DNA from: Octopus vulgaris
Taxonomy: Eukaryota
Direction of reading: 5' to 3'
Length of the DNA: 64,000 nt
NCBI GenBank assembly: GCA_951406725.2
Contig: OX597816.1
Span: forward strand, 44,330,001-44,394,000
In this document: positions 1 to 14,653 of the stretch, one piece after another
Layout: every line of letters starts with the position of its first letter
How positions within the stretch are numbered: the first letter of the stretch is position 1
Notes under the pieces: model-generated
Told to the model about the DNA's origin: nothing
The model's input: the letters and a program-made list of their open reading frames with translations, nothing else
The model's database searches: none
Made by a program: the position numbers and the translations under genes

Positions 1-669
1 CTTCTTTTTTTTTTCCTTTTGCCACGGGAGGGTGGAGTTCTTCCGTTTTGCCCGGAAGATTTTCCTTCCCTCCCGCAGCCTTAGAATCCCTCGGTGGGCA
101 ACCATTTCCACCAACATTCTCACCGCACAGCCACGCTTATGCATGTGTATGCGTGTGTGTGTGTGAATGTGGGTGGTTTGTGGATATGTATGTTTAGTTA
201 TGTATGTGTATATATACATGCTCACGCATTTGTAAATATGTTACAGGTCGTAATTTAGGGTGAATTTCTAAACAAACATGTAGTGATCTTTTTATTCTCA
301 TCAAACGGAAGTAAGATAAAGGACCAGTCTCCTTTCATTCATCCGTCTGCTCAAGAAGAGAAATGCATAGAAGTAATTATTTAAATCAATCAAAATTAAC
401 GCCTAGTTGCAAACGTGATTAACCTGTATTCGCGAGCAATGTGGTCAAATAATTGATATTAATTCGCAACACAGCATTCGTTAAAATCCTAAGAGAAACT
501 GCAAAGTAGTTAAACTCTATCATTTAGGGCTATTGCTATGAAACTATGAGCAGATGTAAAATACACTTGATAATTTCTCTCTACGTACGCACGCACGGAC
601 GCACACACAAGATATGCATTTTCCGCAGCTTTTAGACTACTCATAAGACGATTAATACCTAGGAAGAAA

Positions 670-900
670 GCGGCGAGTTGGCAGAAACGTTAGCACGCCG
701 GGCGAAATGCTTAGTGGTATTTCGTCTGCCGCTACGTTCTGAGTTCAAATTCCGCCGAGGTCGACTTTGCCTTTCATCCTTTCGGGGTCGATTAAATTAG
801 TACCAGTTACGCACTGGGGTCGATATAATCGACTTAATCCGTTTGTCTGTCCTTGTTTGTCCTCTCTGTGTTTAGCCCCTTGTGGGTAGTAAAAAAATAG
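670..900 (+). mobile_element. SINE family B, young full-length copy with 11-bp TSD
   Basis: tRNA-like head (A box TGGCAGAAACG, B box GAGTTCAAATTCC), core GAGGTCGACTTTGCCTTTCATCCTTTCGGGGTCGA, tail ...GCCCCTTGTGGGTAGTAAAAAAATAG; GATTAATACCT duplicated at 650-660 and 900-910; more than 12 related copies in the window. Confidence 0.9.
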
Positions 901-1237
901 ATTAATACCTGCGACGTATTTGCAACCATAAATGTTACTATATATCTCAGAACATGGCAATAATTTATTGTTCATGTGCAGAAATCTACCAAAGAACTCA
1001 ATAACGAACGACTAAAAGTAATATAAATTGTCTTTATCTTATGTACTCTAACGGAATTAGAAAGAAATCAGGGAAATGGGTTAAAATTAATATACATTAA
1101 AATTAATGCATTTCATTTTTTGATAAATATTTATAATTTATCGCTCCGAACTTACACTCAAATTAGATGACGCACTGAGCAGCAGATTGTTATCACACAA
1201 TTTCAATATATTTGAATTCACATTCATTTAAATAAAA

Positions 1238-1633
1238 CTAGCAGTATCGCCGGCGTTGCTCGGGGTTGTAAGGGAAATAACTATATAAGCATTTTTAGAG
1301 AGTTATAGCCAAAAAATAGCAAAAAAATGCATTAAAAATGGAAAAAATATGATGGTAAATTTTTTTTAAATCGTTGTCTCATCGTAGACATTTTTAGAGA
1401 GTTACTTCCCTTTATTTAAAAAATATGCGTTAAAATGGAAAAAAATGATGTTAAATTATTTTTAAAATCGTAGACTCATCGTAGACGCGTGCTAATACCC
1501 AGAAGGGCTCGCTATGAATCACGACTATAAGATACCCGGTTTTGGTTAAACTGCGCCGCAAAATGTGGGAGTAGTTAGGAATCTAAATCGTAGGAGACAG
1601 ACACTCACACAACTTCACTTTTATATATAAAGA
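1238..1633 (-). mobile_element. Non-autonomous Helitron
   Basis: Minus strand starts TCTTTATATATAAAAG after an A and ends with GC hairpin CCGAGCAACGCCGG plus CTAG before a T; no TSD; termini closely match 21257-21647. Confidence 0.85.
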
Positions 1634-1945
1634 TATCTACAACTTAGGTCTTACGTTGTATGTTTTGCAAGTGTATTCATATTAGTGCAGTTCGTTTATG
1701 CTTTAAATTGTCCGTTTTTGCTTGTGTTTTCCTGCATCCAGCTGTCAGAAACACGTATGTTGCCCCGGATATACATATTTGGCTTGGGTTGTTTCTTTTT
1801 ATTTAATTCTTTTTATTTATCTTATTTTTTTTTGTTTTTTGTTTTTTAAATTCTGTTAGACTCTATAACCTTTTAATGGCTGATATTTCTGTATAGAATA
1901 TCTGTTTATTATGCTCTTTGGCAGATTTCTGCAACTTGAGGAGGG

Positions 1946-2372
1946 AACGAGAACAACAACTACAACAACAACGAGGACAACGAGAACAACAACGACAGCG
2001 AGAACAACAACAACGAGAACAACAACAACGAGAACAACAACAACGAGAACAATAACAACGAGAACAATAACAACGAGAACAACAACAACGAGAACAACAA
2101 CGAGAACAACAACGAGAACAACAACAAGGAGAACAACAACGAGAACAACAACAAGAACAACAAGGAGAACTATAACAACAAGGAGAACAACAAGAACAAC
2201 AACAACAACAACGAGAACAACAACAACATAAACAACAAGGAGAACAACAACAACAAAAACAACAAGGAAAACAACAACAACAACAACAAGGAGAACAACA
2301 ACAACAACAACAACAACAAAGAGAACAAGAAGATTTTGGCAGCGACGACGGCAATGATGATGATGATGATGA
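1946..2372. repeat. Compound (AAC)n microsatellite punctuated by GAG, followed by (GAT)n
   Basis: Direct reading: ACGAGAACAACAACA-type units. Confidence 0.9.
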
Positions 2373-2604
2373 TTCCAAATGGAAGGCGTTCGGAAAGTAA
2401 GAAAGAACAGATAAGGAAATAAAGAAAGTGCAGAGAAGAAAAGAAATGGAGAGAGAACGAGAGAAAACGATGTTAAAGAATATACTAAAGCCGATGCGGA
2501 CGTAGCACATGAATGAGTAATATTATATACATTATACACTTTGTTATTTAATGCGAATATCCTGAGATTAAAGTTATTGCCATTTCATATTCATATACTC
2601 TCTG

Positions 2605-3003
2605 TTATTCTTTTACTTGTTTCAGTCATTTGACTGCGGCCATGCTGGAGCACCGCCTTTTAGTCGAGCAAATCGACCCCGGGACTTATTCTTTGTTATC
2701 CCAGTACTTATTCTATCGGTCTCTTTTTTGCCGAACCGCTAAGTGACGGGGACGTTTACACCAGCATCGGTTGTCAAGCAATGCTAGGGAGACAAACACA
2801 GACACACAAACACATACATATATATATATATACATATATACGACAGGCTTCTTTCAGTTTCCATCTACCAAATCCACTTACAAGGCATTGGTCGGCCCGG
2901 GGTTATAGCAGAAGACACTTGCTCAAGATGCCACGCAGTGGGACTGAACCCGGAACCATGTGGTTGGTTAGCGAGCTACTTACCACACAGCCACTCCTGC
3001 GCC
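2605..3003 (-). mobile_element. SINE family A, full-length
   Basis: Head GGCGCAGGAGTGGCTGTGTGGTAAG...GGTTCAGTCCC (A/B boxes), internal (TA)n(TG)n, tail GGCGGTGCTCCAGCATGGCCGCAGTCAAATGACTGAAACAAGTAAAAGA. Confidence 0.9.
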
Positions 3004-3149
3004 TTAGTTGCCTTACCAACTTGTGTCGCTTTTTCTTTGTTTTTTAATCATTTTACCTCCGCGCCCTCACATTTGCACAGCGTTGACTATATTTTGACAT
3101 TTCTACGACTTTCATATTATGATAAAAAAAAAACATAGCATGTTTTTCT

Positions 3150-3376
3150 TTTACATCTTTCATTCATTGGACAGCGGCCAATAAGTAAAGTTTAGTAAAA
3201 AAAAAAATAATCGATCCCATAACTTATTGTGTTTCAAAATCTGGCACTTAAACTAACATATTCTTTTGCCGAATCGTTAAGACACGGGACATAAACAAAC
3301 CAATACCAGTTGTGTAGCGTTATGGTGATACAAACATAAAGACATGCACATACACACACTACACGTAGACACACAC

Positions 3377-3429
<53 letters not shown>

Positions 3430-3586
3430 CATATATATATGTATTTATATATACATATATATATACACATATATATACACACATATACATATATATACAC
3501 ATATATATATATATATACACACATATATATATATATATATATACACATATATATATATATATATACACATATATATATATATACAC

Positions 3587-3619
<33 letters not shown>

Positions 3620-3638
3620 TATATATATACATATATAC

Positions 3639-3673
<35 letters not shown>

Positions 3674-3830
3674 AGATATACATATGTATATATGATGTCT
3701 ACCGAGTTCTCTCGTAAGTCATTTGTCAGCCAAAGCTATGGAAGGGGACACACTTGCCTAAGGTGACACACAGTGGAATAGAACCCGAAATCAGCTGGTT
3801 GCAATTGGGTTTCTAAACCACACACCCTTG
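3150..3830 (-). mobile_element. Diverged SINE A with internal microsatellite expanded to about 350 bp
   Basis: Tail remnant 3150-3340 and head remnant 3695-3830 flank a (CA)/(TA) array. Confidence 0.7.
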
Positions 3831-3964
3831 TCCTCGACTGTGTCAAGCTTACGCCTATAATATTGTAGAACACGATCTTTGACCTTTGTTAACAACTGTT
3901 ACTTCCTAGTTGTTTAACTCTAAGGAAATATGAAAAATGGCCGACATTTCCGTTAAGCTTCGCT

Positions 3965-4140
3965 TTTGTTACATTTATTCAAACCCCAAAGAATCCTTCT
4001 CAACACATGGTTATGATGCTTCCCCATTACTCCTGCTCATGATCAGAGGTACACATAGTGTCATCCACTAAGGGACAACTTCAAGTAGTTAAGGTCAAGC
4101 AACTAACAAATTTAATCTGTGGTATTGAGCAGAATATTTC
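3965..4140 (-). repeat. Unclassified dispersed repeat (inverted homolog at 10461-10623)
   Basis: CCAAAGAATCCTTCTCAACACATGG...ATCTGTGGTATTGAGCAGAATATTT is the reverse complement of 10461-10623. Confidence 0.7.
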
Positions 4141-4409
4141 TTTTAACGATATTTCTGCTTCAGCAATTCAGTGCTTAATCTGTCTGAAATGTAACGGAAA
4201 ATAGGATACAACATTAATGTCCTGGTCACGAAAAGAAACTCTGAAAAGAATACTTGTCGCTTCCTTTGATATTGAAATAGAAGCAAATAGAAATAACACT
4301 TACTGACCGAAGACAAAAAAGAATTAATGTTTTGTTACACAGTGGAATATACTTGTAAATTGGTAGAATCTTTACCGCATTAGAAACAATAACTTCTGTC
4401 ATTTGCTTA

Positions 4410-4740
<331 letters not shown>

Positions 4741-4957
4741 ATTTGTTTGCTTCCCAACCGCATGGATCCGGATCCAATCATACTTTCTGGCACCTTGGGC
4801 ATGTGCCTAATGATGACCAAAGCTTTGAGTCGATTTGGTAGACGAAAACTGGAAGAAGCTCGTTGTATATATATAGGTGTGTGTATATATATATATGTGT
4901 GTGTATATATACATATATATATATATATAGGTGTATATATATATATATGCGTGTATA

Positions 4958-5335
4958 TCTCTATATATATAAAACTGAGAACGTGTGTCTGTCTGTCTGT
5001 CTGTGTGTTTCCCTAAAACTTGAGAACTACACAACCAATTTCATTCAAATTTTACACATGCCTTACTTAAGGTTCGGGGTGTGTCATCGGCAAAAAAATC
5101 TTAACTTTTTCCCTAGGGCGACCTTACAGCAATATCATATCTTTTCCACTATTTCAGTATTACGTGTTAAAAGTGTAACGAAAACATCTCTCTTTTGTAA
5201 TGCAGACACTTTCACTATTAAAGTGAAAGTATTATATAACAGGGATGAACCATTAACAATAGTCATCCATTTTTCTAGAAGATCCGCTATGGCCTTATAT
5301 GCTACACCACTGGTTTTCAATTCATACTAATCAAA
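4958..5335 (+). mobile_element. Helitron-like 5' terminal region inserted in the (TA)n of a partial SINE A (4742-4865)
   Basis: A|TCTCTATATATATAAAACTG start followed by (GTCT)n, same style as the 5' ends at 1633 and 21647; no matching 3' CTAG found. Confidence 0.6.
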
Positions 5336-6226
5336 TTAATATTCAATTTTTCACCCTTATTATGTGTGTGTGTGTGTGTATTAGCAATTCGTATAAAATT
5401 GCATCAATGACTTGAACTTGAATAAGTGGTTTCACATAACTGGGGATAAATAAAAAAGGTTTGTTATTATTATTACTGTTTGACTATTGTAATCACGTTT
5501 GTTGGTTCCTCGTCAGGGAAACGTTGTTGTGTTGCATTTGTTAAATAATTGTAAACCGTAACCCTCCCCCTTTCAGAGAAGGGGCTTTGCTTATTGTTTA
5601 AAAATTGAATTGTGTCCCTGTTTGGGGAAATTGACAATATTTTCACCGTCTTTACGGAAGCATTTTTGTTAAAATGCCTTCGATAGAAGAAGGTCCAAAA
5701 ATGAATTTCGCTGCAGCCGTACACTTCTATACAAGATTGAGGACAAGTTCCAATTGATCGAAATTGCAAGAGACGGGCCAATAATTCCAGTCTGTTATAT
5801 ATTTTCAGTATTGTTATCACTAGCGATATCAAGATATAACTTTATATTTTGTATTTTATGTGTAGATGTATATATATAGATGTACATGTAATATGTACAC
5901 ATATATATACACATATATACATGCATAATATATCTATCCATACACACATACGCACACACACACATACATAGGGGCAGGTGTGGCTGTGTGGTAACAAACT
6001 ACGTTCCAAACACATGGTCCTGGGTACAGTCCCACTGTGTGGTGACTTGGCATGTGTCTTCTGCTGTAGCCTCAGACCAACAAAAGCCTTCTCAGTGGAT
6101 TTTGTACATATATACAGACATACATACATATATATATATACATGCATAAGTACATATTCGGCATAAATACTCTACCACTACAACTAATAACTGTTGGGAG
6201 CACTTTCAAACCTTCCTTACATTCGA

Positions 6227-8455
6227 ACCGGAATCTCAATGCCCGAGTTTTCCATCTGAAGTTAATATCTCTCATGGAGCTCATACAAAATGGGCAGTCT
6301 TTGGGCTCATACAATGTGACATGTACACAATAGAGTGGCAAAAAATAGGCCTTCCACATGCTCATATCCTGCTTTGGCTCTCAGCGAAGATCAATTCCAA
6401 TGACGTCGACAACATAATCTCTGCAGAGCTTCCTGATCCAGCTTTAGACAAAGAACTATACGAAATAGTTAAAGCAAACATGGTACATGATCCATGTGGG
6501 CGTGGATTCAACATAAACTCACCATGCTTGAAGGACAGCATATGTTCAAAAAGATTTCCAAGGAGGTTCCTACAAGAAACTCAGACAAGTGCTGATAGGT
6601 ATCCATCATACAGAAGCAGAAAACCAAAAGACGGAGGTTTCACAGCAACTATCGGACAGCACGATATTGATAATAGATGGATTGTTCCATACTGCCCACT
6701 CCTGTCAAAGACTTTCAATGGCCACATCAAAGTTGAGTTTTGCAACTCCGTTAAATCCATTAAGTACGTTTGCAAATATGTAAACAAGGGTTCTGACGCT
6801 GCAATGTTTGGATTTCAACAAAATACTGCCAGGATGAGGTGACGCATTATCAGGTGGGACGGTACGTAAGTAGCAACGAGGCTTTCTGGCGCATCTTTGG
6901 CTTTCCAATCCACCAACGACACCCCGCCATTCAACAGTTTGCAGTGCAGCTGGAAAATAGTCAAAGAGTGTACTTTACCGATGCTAATGCTTCTCTGTTG
7001 GCAGAGGAACCAAGGGATAGCACACTCACTGCATTCTTCAAGCTTTGTCAAGTATATCCATTCGCTCAAACCTTGCTGTATCCACAGATTCCATCGTACT
7101 ACACTCGGAATGGAAAAAAAATGGGCCTCACAGAAAGCAGGTCAAAATGTTCATGGATACCCTGGCATTAAGTTTCACACTTGCCTTGGGCGAGTATACA
7201 TAGTGCATCCCACTCAGCAAGAGTGCTTCTACCTTCGTCTCCTACTGCATGAGGTCAGAGGGCCAACGTCTTTCCAGGCCCTAAAAACCGTTTATGGACA
7301 TGTCTGCACAACACACAGAGAAGCCTGCTATCGACAAGGTATGCTAGAAGATGGTGCACAATGGGATGTAACTTTAGGAGAGGCTGCTTTATCACAATCA
7401 CCTAACAGTCTCAAGGCACTATTTGCAGTATTACTACAGGCATGCGAACTGTGTGATCCGGCCACTCTATGGCTCAAATATAGAGACAACCTGGCCGAAG
7501 ACTTTCAGCGCCAAGCTCAACTGCTCTATCCTGACATGGAGGGTATCAGCAATGAAATCTATAACAAAACTCTCATTGACATTGAAGACAGAATTGCTAA
7601 ACTGGGTGGAAATGAATTGTCGACGTATGGCCTGCCACAAGCATTCAGGTCAGGGTCAAATAGCCTTCCCACTGCTGTCATTCGTGAAACAACCTTCGAC
7701 ACTCAAACGCTTTCAAAGTACATTGTTGAAAATGAGCCTAAATTACTTCCGGACCAGCTGCAGGCCTACAGAACTATTCTTAATAGTGTACGCCAACGCG
7801 AGGGACGAATCCTCTTCCTCGATGCTCCTGGAGGGACAGGAAAAACATTTATTACAAAGTTTCTCCTTGCAGAAGTTAGGCAGGACATTGCAGTAGCTGT
7901 AGCCTCCTCTGGCATTGCAGCTACTTTGTTACCCGGTGGCAGGACAGCACGCTCAACTTTTAAACTCCCTCTCAATTTAGCAGCATCCGAAATGCCTTCA
8001 TGCAACATCAACAAAAGCTCAGATCAGGGACAAGTACTTAAAATGTGTAATCTAATTGTCTGGGATGAGTGCACTATGGCTCACAAGGGAGCTTTGAAAG
8101 CATTAGATAGAGCCCTGAAAGACATTCGAGACTGTCAGGTTCCAATGGGAGGTGTAACGCTTCTGTTGTTAGGTGATTTCAGGCAAACTCTTCCTGTCAT
8201 TCCGAAAGGCACAAGAGAAGATGACGTCCAAGCATGCCTAAAGTCCTCTACCCTGTGGCAGCATGTTACAATTCTGTCTCACCACTAACATGAGAGCTCA
8301 GCTACACAGCGACAAAATGTCCACAAAGTTTGCACAGGACATTTTGACACTAGGTGAAGGCGATGCCTCTCGATGCTGCAGGACAAATGGAAGTGTGGTC
8401 ATTTTCCTATGTTGTTAATTCTGTAGATGACCTCAAAAACGAAGTCTTTCCCAAA
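6227..8455 (+). mobile_element. Helitron Rep/Helicase coding remnant, frameshifted and truncated at both ends
   Basis: HUH motif 2 YTIEWQKIGLPHAHILLW, motif 3 KSIKYVCKYVNKGSD; PIF1 motifs FLDAPGGTGKTF, ASSGIAATLLPGGRTARSTFKLP, LIVWDECTMAH, LLGDFRQTLPVI; frameshifts near 6835, 7120 and 8285. Confidence 0.95.
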
Positions 8456-8544
8456 TGATTTTGACATTACCCATATACACCAAATTTATGGCAGGGATTT
8501 TTACCATGTTTTTGAAAACTTTTTTTGAAAATTTTCCTCATAAT

Positions 8545-8985
8545 TGTATGTGTGTGTATATATACGTATGTATGTGTGTGTGTGTGTGTATACGCATCTG
8601 TGTGTGTGTATGTGTATACGCATGTATGTGTGTGTATGTATGTGTGTGTGTATGTATATATATATACGTATGCATGTGTGTGTGTGTGTATATATATACG
8701 TATGCATGTATGTATGTGTGTGTATATATATACGTATGCATTTATGTGTGTATGTATATATATACGTATGCTTGTATTTATCTGTGTATGTATATATATA
8801 CGTATGCATGTATGTATGTGTGTATATATATACGTATGCTTGTATGTATATGTGTGTGAATATATATACGTATGCATGTATGCATGTGTGTGTGTATATA
8901 TATACGTATGCATGTATGTATGTGTGTGTGTATATATATACGTTTGCATGTATGTATGTATGTATGTATGTATATATATATATAG
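8545..8985. repeat. Higher-order (TG)/(TA)/TACGTATGCA microsatellite array
   Basis: Recurrent TATATACGTATGCATGTATGTATGTGTG units of about 30-34 bp. Confidence 0.85.
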
Positions 8986-9099
8986 TATGCAGTGAATTTG
9001 TTGTATAAATTAGGCAAAACTGAAAATAACAGTGACATCTCATTTTAAGGTATATTTACCAAAATATCTTGAAATGCTAAAAACTAAATTTATTCAGTA

Positions 9100-10250
9100 A
9101 TACTTCAACCACGTCAACCAGACGATTTTGGAACCTCCTGAAAAAATTGAGGAATGCTGCCATAATCCTTTCTTTCAGTTCATCTTTGGTGTTACAAGGA
9201 GTTTTTTGGTGTCTCACTCAATTGCGCCCCACACATAATAATCAAGGGATTGCAATCTGGAGAGTTAAGTGTCCAGATATTAGGGAGTATGTCGCAGAAA
9301 TTCTCTGACAGCCATGGCTGGTTTCTCCTGCTTGTGTGGCATGCTGCAGAGTCATGTTGCGAGACATAGTAACTTCCAGCAGCCACTCTCTTGACCCAGG
9401 GCAGCACTACCCACTCCAGACACTCAATTCAGGCCTCAGTGTTGAGTCTGAGACTGTGTGGGATGATGAATGGAGGCATACCATCGCCATCACTAGTTAT
9501 CACTCCAAACATCATGATGTTGACTAGATGTTTGATTTTTATCACACTCAGTACATGCTTTGGCGACACGTCAAGCCAACGATTGTTCTGGATGTTCACC
9601 ATCTGATTTTGGTAAACATTTGTCTCGTCTGAGAACAAAACAAGGCATGTTCATGTACTCTTTTCCTCTTTTACTTGTTTCAGTCATTTTACTGTGACCA
9701 TGCTGGAGCACCGCCTTTTGTGGAAGAAATCGACCCCAGGACTTTGCAAGCATAGTACTTATTCTATCGGTAACTTTTGCCGAAACGCTAAGTTACGTAA
9801 ACACAGCAGCATCGGTTGTCAAGCGATGTTAGGGGGACACACACAGACACACAAACATATATACACACACATACATATATATACATACATGCAACGAGTT
9901 TCTTTCAGTTTCTGTCTACCAAATCCACTCACCAGGCTTTGGTCAGCACGAGGCTATAGAAGAAGACACTTGCCCTAGGTGCCACGCAATGTGACTGAAC
10001 CCGGAACCATGTGGTTGGTAAGCAAGCTACTTACCACACAGCCACTCCTACGCCTGGAGAGGATGCTTCACCTTATTCAAAAGCTTCGTAGCGCGATCTT
10101 TTCGCTTGTCCGTGATAGCTTGGAATAAAAATTGTAAGAGGAATACAGAATGCTCAGCAACTCAAGTTGCACAAGCTCTGCAACTTATACCCTGCAACTC
10201 ATGTAGCACATCATGGATTGAGACGTACTGTCACTAACAGATGCACACAA
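9100..10250 (-). mobile_element. Tc1/mariner-superfamily transposase remnant (DDD type), interrupted by SINE A
   Basis: Minus-strand translation DRATKLLNKVKHPLQ / FSDETNVYQNQMVNIQNNRW / MFGVITSDGDGMPPFIIPH / QHDSAACHTSRRNQPWL / IWTLNSPDCNPL. Confidence 0.85.
9657..10054 (-). mobile_element. SINE family A nested in the mariner remnant
   Basis: Full head-to-tail match to 2605-3003. Confidence 0.9.
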
Positions 10251-10460
10251 TAAGTATATGCTTCTTAGTTTTGACGGATAACCATAATTAAGGCGGTACT
10301 ATCGTATAAGTGACTGAGCATACCACAGACAAATGTTCACTTGAAGAAAATTTCCGGCACACATTAATGAACAGGACATCAATGTTCTGTAACGGACCTA
10401 TTTTCCATTTCATTTCAGTGAAATTCAGTGCTGAGTTGCTGAAGCAGAAATATCGTTATA

Positions 10461-10623
10461 GAAAATATTCTGCTCAATACCACAGATCTGCTGGTCGCTT
10501 TTTTGAGCATGGCCCTTAGTGGCTGACAATATGTGCATCTTTGATCATGAGCAAGTGTAATGAAGGAGCATCGTATCCATGTGTTGAGAAGGATTCTTTG
10601 GTGTTTGAATGAATGTAACAAAA
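10461..10623 (+). repeat. Unclassified dispersed repeat (homolog of 3965-4140)
   Basis: Reverse-complement similarity over about 165 bp. Confidence 0.7.
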
Positions 10624-11495
10624 CTCAAATTTTGTCGGAAATATTAGCCATATTTCATACTTTCTAAGGGTAAGCAAATAGGAAACAACACTTACTACCC
10701 AAGGACAAATATCCTGTTAAAATAACCTTTGCCCAAAATAGAGTGTAGCCGGATCGAACTCGAGGCCTTGTCTCATTCGAAGCGGAGAACTTTAACTTTC
10801 GATTATACTTCCCCTACATTAAACTCTTATTGTAAACACAGTAAAATCATTCCATAAGTGGATTCATTTTTCAGTTCAGATTATTTACGTTCGCTATATG
10901 TATATGATTATTTTATTCTATTTCATTTTCTTTCTAAATTATATTTCTCACAAAAGATAGCAATTTGTCGCATTTATTTCCTATATTTAAATTATGTGGT
11001 TGTGGATATTATATTGGTTTTAGCTGTATTTGTAATTTGAAGTTCAAGTTCTATTCTCTTGGCTTTCTTGAGCTGATAGTTTCATTGCGCATACGCGCAT
11101 ATGCAAATGCTTACACACATACATAGAGGCATAGAACACGGTAATACGTACAGAGACCATATGACAGATATTGAGATTTACACAAACACACACGTACATA
11201 GAAATTTACTTACATACATACAAACATACATATGCATACATATGTGTATGTATGTGTGAATGTGTGTGTGTATGTGTGTGTGTAGTTATGCAACTATCTA
11301 TGTATGTAAGTATGTTTCTTTGTAAGCAGTGCCTTAATTATTCATTGCTATCACGTGCATTGGTTGTGTCGTAATTCATTTGTCCTTCAAATGTAAACAA
11401 GTAAGTCGCCGCAAAGCCTTAAAATCTCTTTCGTGGTTGCTTTATTGTTTATTTAAGAGAAAGAATGAAAAACGAACGAAAGAAAGAACGACAGA

Positions 11496-11548
<53 letters not shown>

Positions 11549-12251
11549 AAAAGGAGAGAAGGTAAGAGTTAAACGTTCATAGCTTGGTTTTATTTTTAGT
11601 GCAGTTATTGGCTTTGATTTTGCTTAAATAAGCGTTATTGTGCTCTTGAGATTTCGTTTCCAATTTGAATTCACGTGGGTTGGTGAATTATCCCACACTG
11701 ATGCAGCATTGACCAAATGTCAGTTTCAAATGTTACAGTTTACATCAATTTAGCGTACGTAATTATGTTAATAATTCTCATGTGAGCTTTCAAATTGCTA
11801 TATGACAATTTACTAGTGACAGAACTGTATAACTGATATATGCCTTACTTTGAGTTAACACATAGAGAAATGGACTTGTACCTTCACATGGGTACGTGTG
11901 TATGGCTCCGTATTTGAAAGCGCATGTAGTGTATGTGAGCGTATATGTGTGTATGCGTGTGTAAACGTGTGTGTGCGCGTGCGTGTGTATATGTGTGTGT
12001 ATGTGTGTGTGTGTAATAAATACGATTGCAAATTCAAAAGTTAAAGGTTTTTCTTTAGACAAACTTGAAATGTTCTCAATATAATTCCTCAGTGCCTGCA
12101 AACTCATGACACAATGTTAAGTTTGTTTTAGCGTTCATTACTAAGTAACTTCATCTGAGACAGCATTTAGAATATGAAACAAGGATATAGAATAATCTTA
12201 TACTTACATTCTTCAGTAATTTTAGGTTCATTGGTCATAGGCATTTATTAG

Positions 12252-12359
12252 GTCTTCTACTATAGCCTCGGGCCGACCCAAGCCTTGTTATTGGATTTGG
12301 TAGACGGAAACTGAAAGAAGCCCGTCGTATATATATATATATATATATGTGTATATATA

Positions 12360-12441
<82 letters not shown>

Positions 12442-12637
12442 TGTTTGCGTTTGTCCCCCAACATCGCTTGACAACGAATGGTGGTGTGTTTACGTCCCCC
12501 AACATAGCGGTTCGGCAAAAGAAACCGATAGAATAAGTACCAGGCTTCCAAACAATAGGTCCTGGGGTCGATTTGCTCGACAAAAGGCGGTGCTCCAGCA
12601 TGACAGCAGTCAAATAACTGAAACAAGTAAAAGAGTA
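12252..12637 (+). mobile_element. SINE A, 5'-truncated
   Basis: Body and tail match family A; internal (TA)n(TG)n. Confidence 0.85.
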
Positions 12638-12812
12638 TAGCATGCAATGCACATATCTATCCGATACAGTTTTTTCAGTTTGCACCTTCTGCAATTATCT
12701 TTTGTAGTCGAGACCGACAATTACTTTGTCAGTGAATTAGTTAGACAAAACCTTACATATCTATCTATCTAACTAACTAACTATCTATCTGCCCGTCTGT
12801 CTATCAATTTAT

Positions 12813-12866
<54 letters not shown>

Positions 12867-13105
12867 CAATAATACAGTGATTGTTTCTTATCAGGAACAA
12901 AATTCTTAATAGGACTGCTATAGAAGTGCTCAATTGAATGAGACAAATATATCAAACTAAGGTTTTCTCGCACTTTCTTATATGCTTGAACAGATGGGTT
13001 ATGTTTCATCTTCAGTGATATCATAAATGTATTTTCTATGATTAAATGTTCGAGATATGAAATGTTATGTGGATGACCTTGCATTTGTTTATTCTGTAAC
13101 CTTAG

Positions 13106-13150
<45 letters not shown>

Positions 13151-13699
13151 TGTATATATATATAGAAGGATAGATATACACATATAAATATATCTGTCTG
13201 TTTATATGCATGCTTGTCACTCTCTCTCTTTATCTCGCTCTCCCTCTCTCTCTCTCTTTCTATATATATATATATATATATATATGTGCACAGCACAGAC
13301 GCCTGGCAACCAGTGTTGGTTTGTTTATGACCTCCTAACTTTGCAGATTTGTATTGATAATGGTGATGATGGTGCTTTTGTGTAAGATATAGTTAGAGCA
13401 GTAGCGACAGCAGTAGTAGTGGTCGCAACAACAGCAGCAGCAGCCACGCTGGCGTTTGAATATCGATCGCCTGAGCATCGGAGAAGGATTAAATTTCAAA
13501 TTAAGAATATCGCTGCATAATAATGAAGTGGAATTATTTATTAAAATCGTCTGACTCGGAACGGACAGTGATTTTGGAACGTCCACTACTTTCTTTCTCC
13601 TTTGTTTTCTTCTTCATCGCGTGATCGGTGGAGGTAAGCGCTGTGTAGATAATCATGATAAGAATTATAGAGTAAGTGTTGGTGATAATACCATACACG

Positions 13700-14039
13700 T
13701 ATGAGTATGTATATGCATTTATTTGTGTGTATGTGTGTATATATACATATATATACGTATATATGTGTATATATATGTGTATATATATGTGTATATATAT
13801 GTGTATATATATGTGTGTATATATGTGTGTATATGTGTGTGTATATATGTGTGTGTATATGTGTATATATATGTGTATATATATGTGTGTATATATGTGT
13901 ATATATATGTGTGTATATATATGTGTATATATATGTGTATATATGTGTGTATATATATGTGTATATATATATGTATATATATGTGTATATGTATGTATGT
14001 ATATATATATATAGGTATATATATATATATATATATATG

Positions 14040-14090
<51 letters not shown>

Positions 14091-14147
14091 ATATATATAT
14101 ATATGCAAACACACACACACACACATATATATGTATATACGCACACT

Positions 14148-14190
<43 letters not shown>

Positions 14191-14221
14191 TCACACATAT
14201 AGAGGATAAAATTTTCGAAAA

Positions 14222-14293
<72 letters not shown>

Positions 14294-14348
14294 CATTATT
14301 ATTATTATTATCATTATTATTATCATTATTATTACTATTATTGTTATT
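13700..14348. repeat. (TA)/(TG) compound array followed by (ATT)n
   Basis: Direct reading. Confidence 0.95.
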
Positions 14349-14350
14349 AA

Positions 14351-14582
14351 GGCGGTGAGCTGGCAGAATCGTAAGCACGCCGGGCAAAATGCTTAACGGC
14401 ATTTCGTCCGTCTTTAGGTTCTGAGTTCAAATTCCGCCACGATCAACTTTGCCTTTCAACCCTTTCTGGCTCGATGTAATAAGTACTAGTCATTCAGACT
14501 TATGCACTCTGGTTGATGTAATCTACGTATCCCATCACTTAAAAATCCAGGTCTTGCGCCTATTATAGAAAAGATTATTATC

Positions 14583-14653
<71 letters not shown>

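Noticed and set aside
1856-2539. Long Val-, Cys- or Thr/Arg-rich ORFs (keratin-associated- or mucin-like)
   Set aside because: They are readings of an (AAC)n compound microsatellite; the + strand frames after the candidate acceptor at 1924 all hit stops
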